A DNA stretch of 64,000 bases from Fibrella musci (GTDB taxonomy: Bacteria > Bacteroidota > Bacteroidia > Cytophagales > Spirosomataceae), in the NCBI RefSeq assembly GCF_041321105.1, contig NZ_JBGGWD010000005.1:8544-72543 (forward strand), written 5' to 3'. A program made the position numbers and the translations under genes. Below the pieces are notes generated by a model. The model did not search any database and was not told the origin of the DNA. It was given only the letters and a program-made list of their open reading frames with translations. Each line of letters begins with the position of its first letter. Within the stretch, counting starts at the first letter, position 1. Shown here one piece after another: positions 58,989 through 64,000 of this stretch.

Positions 58989-60161
58989 TTAGTCGGTGGT
59001 CAGGGTCGTCCCGTCGGCTACGCGCACTACATAAGCCTTCCCCCCTACCCGGTCAATCGCCTCGGCAACGGCCTCGGCCCCGTTGGGCGCGTAGACGAAC
59101 ATGGATCCGCCGCCACCTGAGCCGTTGATTTTGCCACCCAGTGCCCCCGCCGCCAGGGCCGCGTCGAGCATCCGGTCGATTTTAGGCGTCGAAATGCGCT
59201 GGGCATCGCGGAGGTTGGTCTGGTGCTCGGTCAGCAACGTACCCAGTTGCCGATCAAACGCCGGTACGTTGGTGGGGGGCGTCTGCAACTGCGTGTGGGC
59301 CTGCCGCAGCAGGTCGCGGTTGGCGAGGGTGCCTTTCAGCAGGATGTACTCGTCTTTCGTGAGCTGGTCTTTGAACTCAGGTACGTCGGTAAGGGCGGCC
59401 GTGTGCAGCGAGAAGTCGGGGCGGCTTTGTTGGATGCGCTGCACCACGTCGAGCATCCCGAGTTTAACCCGCCGCAGAATGCCGATGGTATCTTTTGGCT
59501 CCCCGGAATCGCCCAGCACGAAGGTGCCGAGTGGGGGCGTCAGGGCTTCCAGGGCGATGGCGGGCGTGCCGTCGGGTCGTTGCGATTCGAGGTAAATCAC
59601 GTTGCCCACGGCGGTGGCGAAGTGGTCCATCATACCGCCCGGTTCGCCAAATTCGAGCACTTCGGCGCGGTAGGCCAGTTCGGCCAGGGTCATGGGCGGC
59701 AGGTGGCGGGGCGCATCGGCCAGTTGACTCAGCACATTCAGCCAGCTCACAATCAGGGCCGACGAACTCGACGCCCCGGCGTTGATCGGGATGGTGCCGC
59801 GTACGGTCGCTTCGATGCCTCGACTAAAGGTGAACCCCTCCTGCAACAGCACATTCACGCACGACCGCAGGTAATCCCGGTCGGCCGGGTACGGCAGGCG
59901 ATTCCCGTCGAACGGAATGATCACATCCTGACCGATGTCGGGCAGATGCAGACGGAACTCGCGGGCATTGGGGTCAGGGCGGGCGGTGAGGGCAACGCGG
60001 CGGTCGATGGCGGCGGCAATGACTGGCAGGCCCAGGTAATCGAGGTGTTCGCCAAATAGACAAATGCGGCCGGGCGTCGAGGCAGTGAGGTTCGTTGTTA
60101 ACACGCAGAAACAAGCGGGAAGGTGTAGGAGGTCGTTGGCGGTTGGGCCAGACAGGGTCAA
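58989..60161 (-). CDS. GHMP family sugar kinase (galactokinase-like)
   Basis: ICLFGEHLDY, NAGASSSSALIVS (PxGSGLGSSAA-type), and C-terminal GGKINGSGGGGSMF. Confidence 0.7.
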   Translation of the reverse strand: MTLSGPTANDLLHLPACFCVLTTNLTASTPGRICLFGEHLDYLGLPVIAAAIDRRVALTARPDPNAREFRLHLPDIGQDVIIPFDGNRLPYPADRDYLRSCVNVLLQEGFTFSRGIEATVRGTIPINAGASSSSALIVSWLNVLSQLADAPRHLPPMTLAELAYRAEVLEFGEPGGMMDHFATAVGNVIYLESQRPDGTPAIALEALTPPLGTFVLGDSGEPKDTIGILRRVKLGMLDVVQRIQQSRPDFSLHTAALTDVPEFKDQLTKDEYILLKGTLANRDLLRQAHTQLQTPPTNVPAFDRQLGTLLTEHQTNLRDAQRISTPKIDRMLDAALAAGALGGKINGSGGGGSMFVYAPNGAEAVAEAIDRVGGKAYVVRVADGTTLTTD

Positions 60162-60193
60162 AGTAACGGAATTTGGCCGTCAGTCGGGCGGCG

Positions 60194-61402
60194 TCACAGC
60201 TTCAGCCGGATACCCAGTCGGTTGAGGCCACCCGTCACGCCCACACAGAGCAACGCAAACAGCAGCGACTTGATCAGCCCGATACCGCCCGTCAGCAGGA
60301 CGGCGGGCAGGTGGAGATCGGCAAACTCGACGAACGCATAGGCGAAGTAGGGTATCAGGTAACACAGCAGGGTGTCGGTCCCGGCGGGTTTGATCGCCCG
60401 AAACCAGTGGCCCTTACCCGCCACGTCGACCAGCCAGTGCAGGGCCGTAAAGGCCAGCAACGTAAACGCACTGCACAGAAACAGCCAGGCGGGGGTAGCG
60501 CCCAGTTTGGCCAGCCCCCAGATGGGCCGGGTGTAGATCGACAGCCCGATCAGCCCCACCGACGCCAGCAGAAAGCCGAGGGTCATGGCCCGCCCGTAGC
60601 CTCGTTCGACGCACCACCGAAACACGGTGGCCGTCAGCGCCCCGCCCAACGTCAGGCCGGCGAGGGTGCCTCCCCGGATGGCGTCGGGTATCCACTGCAC
60701 CAACGGCGGAAACGCATAGGCCTTTGCCGCCACGCTCAGCCCACAGAAGGCCACCCAGATCATCGCCAGCACGGCGATGCGCCCGCCCGCCAGCAAGGTA
60801 GCCAGCGCTCCCACCAGATACGACCAGCCAATGAGGCCCAGAATACCCCACCAGTGCGTGGCAAACGGTCCCAACGGATCTCCGCCCCGGTAGCGCAGGG
60901 CCAGCCCCAGCAGCACCACCCAGCCGACAAGCGGACCGATGCGGCGGCGGACCGGCGACCCAGTTTTGGGGTACGTGTTCCAGATGAGGATGAAGGCGCT
61001 ACAGGCCAGTACGTTCCAGCCAAGGCGGGGAATACCCGTGGCCGCTTCGTTTATGTATTCGCCGTTGACGAGCCACAGCCCCATCACCAGCAGGGCGGCG
61101 GCGCGGGTGAGGATATGCCCGGCGATCTGCGTGTCGGTTTCCTGCCGGGTACGTCGGTGCTGAATGGCAAACGGGATCGACAGCCCCACGATGAACAGAA
61201 AAGCCGGGAACACCACGTCGGCGAGGCCAATGCCATCGGCCCCCTCAGGTACGTGTTCCAGCCAGGCCGGGATGGCCGTCAGTGACCAGAGGTCATTGAC
61301 AAAGATCATTAGCACCATCGTCAGCGCCCGCAGCACGTCGATGGAGTCGACGCGGGTGAGCACCCGGTGTGGGCTGGTTGTAGCGGAAGCGGTCGATACC
61401 AT
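60194..61402 (-). CDS. Membrane acyltransferase, DUF1624/DUF5009 (HGSNAT-like)
   Basis: N-terminal RVDSIDVLRALTMVLMIFVND followed by ~10 TM helices. Confidence 0.55.
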   Translation of the reverse strand: MVSTASATTSPHRVLTRVDSIDVLRALTMVLMIFVNDLWSLTAIPAWLEHVPEGADGIGLADVVFPAFLFIVGLSIPFAIQHRRTRQETDTQIAGHILTRAAALLVMGLWLVNGEYINEAATGIPRLGWNVLACSAFILIWNTYPKTGSPVRRRIGPLVGWVVLLGLALRYRGGDPLGPFATHWWGILGLIGWSYLVGALATLLAGGRIAVLAMIWVAFCGLSVAAKAYAFPPLVQWIPDAIRGGTLAGLTLGGALTATVFRWCVERGYGRAMTLGFLLASVGLIGLSIYTRPIWGLAKLGATPAWLFLCSAFTLLAFTALHWLVDVAGKGHWFRAIKPAGTDTLLCYLIPYFAYAFVEFADLHLPAVLLTGGIGLIKSLLFALLCVGVTGGLNRLGIRLKL

Positions 61403-61474
61403 AGCAGGCCGGTTTACGCCCCCAAGATAAGCCCGATCGAATCGCTTTTAACGACCCGAGCGGGTCAAACCGCC

Positions 61475-62392
61475 TTAGAAATACAGATTGGCGGCGGTCC
61501 GAAAGGTGTTGCAGTGGGCATCGACGATGTCGGCCACGCGGGGCGAGTACCCGCCGCCCATCGACACCACAATGGGCAGGCCCACCCGCCGGGCTTCTTC
61601 GAACACAAACCCATCGCGCTGCTGCACGCCGGCCATCGACACGCCCAGCTTGCCCAGTCGGTCGGTTTCCAGAATATCGACACCCGCCACGTAGAACAGA
61701 AAATCGGGCTGTTGCTCGGTCAGGAGCCGGGGCAGCGTGTCATAAAGAAGGTTCAGGTACGTGTCGTCGCGGGTGCCGGTGGACAGTTCCACGTCGAGGT
61801 CCGACTGTTCTTTTTTGAGCGGATAATTGTCTTTGCCATGCATGCTGAACGTAAACACGCGGGGTTCCCCCTGAAACATCACCGCCGTACCGTTGCCCTG
61901 ATGCACATCGAGGTCGATGACCAGTATCTTCTTTGATTGCCTCGTTTCGAGCAGGTAGTGTGCCGCTACGCCCACGTCGTTGAGCAGGCAAAAGCCTTCA
62001 CCATGATCGGGGTAGGCATGGTGCGTCCCCCCGGCCACGTTCATGGCAACGCCGTCGCGGCGGGCGTGTTTGGTGGCGTCGAGCGTGCCCTGCGTGATGA
62101 CCCATTCGCGCTCGATCAGCCGGGGCGACATCGGGAAGCCAATCCGCCGGACCATCCGGGCATCGACGGTCTGCGTTTTCAGGGCGTCGACGTACCCAGC
62201 CGTGTGCACTCCCAGCACCCAGCGGTCGTCGACGGGATCGGGGGCGAAGAAGTTGGCCTCCGTGCAGGTGCCGTCATAAAGCAGCTGTTCGTGAATGAGT
62301 TCGTATTTGATCATCGGGAACCGGTGGGGTTCGCCGTTGGGTCCGGTGGGCAATTCGTGCTTATAAAGCGGGGCGTAGGCGATTCTGAGCAT
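61475..62392 (-). CDS. Histone deacetylase superfamily protein (AcuC/HDAC-like)
   Basis: DLDVHQGNGTA and GFCLLNDVGVAA motifs. Confidence 0.8.
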   Translation of the reverse strand: MLRIAYAPLYKHELPTGPNGEPHRFPMIKYELIHEQLLYDGTCTEANFFAPDPVDDRWVLGVHTAGYVDALKTQTVDARMVRRIGFPMSPRLIEREWVITQGTLDATKHARRDGVAMNVAGGTHHAYPDHGEGFCLLNDVGVAAHYLLETRQSKKILVIDLDVHQGNGTAVMFQGEPRVFTFSMHGKDNYPLKKEQSDLDVELSTGTRDDTYLNLLYDTLPRLLTEQQPDFLFYVAGVDILETDRLGKLGVSMAGVQQRDGFVFEEARRVGLPIVVSMGGGYSPRVADIVDAHCNTFRTAANLYF

Positions 62393-62554
62393 CTAAACAA
62401 ATGATGGGCCGTTGGATAAAAATTGACGCCCGCTAAGGAAATGAGTCTCAACGTATAGCGTACTGCGTTCGTAATTTGGTGGTCTTCGCGGTCCCGAGTT
62501 AGAAAACCCAAAAGCAGCAAGGGCAGTTTATCCAATACCAATTTCATCGACCCT

Positions 62555-62989
62555 ATGAACATCGAACTATCTACCTCCGCCGAGCCGGTGCCCTTCGAAC
62601 TTCTCGACGTACTGGTTCAGAATCGCCGCGATCAGGATGCCAACCGCTCGCTGTTATCGCTGCATTTTGTGGGCAAACGTGGCCTTCAAACCGATCGCCT
62701 CAAGATGCCCCTGCTGACCTGGTACGATGCGAATCGGTTGCAACAATTTACCCATCAATTAGCCAACGCCGACCCGTCGGACCGCCCGCGCGATGGGCAT
62801 ATCGACCTGCCCGATGCCGGTTTGCGGCTGGTTGCCAACACCAAAGGTCGCCCGTCGATCCGGGTTGAAGCCATGCCCACCGCCAAACGTCGGTTTGCGC
62901 CCGTTGTCATCAACGGCAGCGCCGCCGGCCTGCGCGACTACGCCAAGGTGCTCTATACCCGCCTGTGGGAAGCCTTCTGCCGGGGGTGA
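62555..62989 (+). CDS. hypothetical protein (144 aa)
   Basis: ORF followed by a strong terminator. Confidence 0.45.
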   Translation: MNIELSTSAEPVPFELLDVLVQNRRDQDANRSLLSLHFVGKRGLQTDRLKMPLLTWYDANRLQQFTHQLANADPSDRPRDGHIDLPDAGLRLVANTKGRPSIRVEAMPTAKRRFAPVVINGSAAGLRDYAKVLYTRLWEAFCRG

Positions 62990-63028
62990 TCGTGAATGCA
63001 CAATGAATAATGCGGTCCGCCGCTGCGG

Positions 63029-63095
63029 GACAATGCACAATGGGCCGACGCAAGTGTGATCTTGCGTCAGCCCATTGTGCATTGTCTGTTATTAT
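63029..63095 (+). terminator. Intrinsic terminator: 17-bp and 8-bp nested perfect stems followed by a T-rich tract
   Basis: GACAATGCACAATGGGC...GCCCATTGTGCATTGTC with inner GACGCAAG/CTTGCGTC, then TGTTATTAT. Confidence 0.7.
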
Positions 63096-63217
63096 CATAC
63101 TTAAGTATAAATTCTTGCTATTTTCACTAGTTACGCCAAGTAGATCATCATGGAAAACGGCTTATGCGGCCGTTTAGTGAACCTGTTGATTGCACCACTA
63201 TTCACGTAACTAGCCAC

Positions 63218-64000
63218 ATGAGGACATCCCTTTGTAAGCTTGGAACCGCATTAGGCTTCCTGGTCTTACTTACAAGAACTACCCTATTCGCCCAGGCACA
63301 GCAAGCCGACGCGGCCCTATTTGATAAAGGCGCGTTCATCGACGGTGGCCTGCCCGCGATTCAGGCCATAACGCCCAAAGGAGAACTTCCCGGGAAGAAA
63401 ATCCCCTATTACCTACGTAGTGGCGACGGTGAACGTTACCTGGTAGGCGGGTTGGTCGTGAACAGGATGGCCCGGGCCGCCGACACAGGCGATCTGTATG
63501 AGTGGACTGTCATTACGGGTGGGAAAGGGGCCATGCTGCCGTCGCACACGCATGCCCAAACGCACGAAGCAATCCTGGTGCTCGACGGTGAACTTGAACT
63601 CTGGCTGGCCGATAGGCACTACCGTCTCATAAAGGGTGATTTTGCCAGTGTCCCGCCCGGTACATCCCATGCCTTCCGCCTGCTTTCCCACCATACGCAG
63701 TTGGTCTCCATGAGCAATGGCAACCGGATGGACGCCCTCTACCGAACACTGGGAAAACCCTACATCGGCACGGTTCAACCATCGGATGATGTCCCTGCCA
63801 TCGATCAGGCAACGTTGAAAAAGGCAGAAACCGTAGCTGATGTACACTTCGACGGTAAGCCGCTGACTACCGGTCATGCCGAACGCGTCTCAAACGCCCA
63901 ACTGCCCAAATCGGCGGTACCCTACGTACTGGCGGCGGGCGAAGGCGATCGCTATACCATTGGGAACGAGCTCTTTGGCATCTTGTGTGACAATGCGACG
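63218..64000 (+). CDS. Secreted cupin (quercetin-dioxygenase/pirin-like bicupin), partial; continues beyond the window end
   Basis: ATG at 63218, signal peptide MRTSLCKLGTALGFLVLLTRTTLFAQA. Cupin motifs ...PSHTHAQTHEAILVLDGELE... and ...PPGTSHAF. Confidence 0.55.
   Translation, partial: MRTSLCKLGTALGFLVLLTRTTLFAQAQQADAALFDKGAFIDGGLPAIQAITPKGELPGKKIPYYLRSGDGERYLVGGLVVNRMARAADTGDLYEWTVITGGKGAMLPSHTHAQTHEAILVLDGELELWLADRHYRLIKGDFASVPPGTSHAFRLLSHHTQLVSMSNGNRMDALYRTLGKPYIGTVQPSDDVPAIDQATLKKAETVADVHFDGKPLTTGHAERVSNAQLPKSAVPYVLAAGEGDRYTIGNELFGILCDNAT

Noticed and set aside
63413-63877. 154-aa minus-strand ORF
   Set aside because: It lies antisense within the partial cupin gene (63218 to the window end), which has a signal peptide and cupin motifs.
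17320-64000. The GGTACGT motif being an artificial watermark or inserted spike
   Set aside because: Copies occur in all three codon phases within intact, sensible ORFs, encoding different residues (TYL, VP, RY, GT), and also in intergenic DNA. They are absent from the AT-rich islands. This pattern fits a native oligonucleotide bias rather than insertion.

Overview
This 64 kb window reads as high-GC (about 55-60%) Bacteroidetes DNA, Cytophagales-like. It splits into two regimes.

The left ~17 kb looks like the right end of an integrated mobile element, either a prophage or a satellite-like island. In order it carries a minus-strand replication module (a zinc-finger/TOPRIM/P-loop primase-helicase preceded by an iteron-like palindrome region), a secreted astacin-like metzincin with a lipoprotein, a lone 1853-aa tape-measure-like coiled-coil giant, a strikingly AT-rich two-gene cargo (a 417-aa novel protein and an AlbA_2/Schlafen-like domain protein), a tyrosine integrase, and inverted tRNA-Arg(TCT)-like att fragments at about 17.1-17.26 kb.

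The remaining ~47 kb is chromosomal. It holds a cluster of secreted lipoproteins with a GWR[IL]P C-terminal domain that I take to be the Fibrobacter major paralogous domain, an S41 peptidase, an orphan LytS-type kinase, AraC regulators, an aldo/keto reductase, an M28 peptidase, a WYL regulator beside tRNA-like remnants, and an SPFH protein followed by a large structured hairpin and then rtcB. Further right are chrA, a Fic gene cassette bracketed by 124-bp direct repeats of an araC 3' end, an amino-acid permease, a minus-strand block of oxidoreductases (SDR, CMD, CrtI-like, PhyH, DUF4395, DUF1684), ispG, and a second low-GC island at 53.3-57.7 kb. That island carries an HTH-ImmA/IrrE plus PIN-like DUF4411 module and an unknown 119-aa/196-aa pair. 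The window ends with a DMT transporter, a GHMP kinase, a membrane acyltransferase, a histone deacetylase and a partial cupin gene.

Two global signals stand out. The 9-mer CAGGTACGT (core GGTACGT) occurs dozens of times, is strand-biased, and is nearly confined to the chromosomal part. The low-GC cargo genes beside the integrase, together with the 53-57 kb island, are the best candidates for undescribed defense or toxin-like systems.
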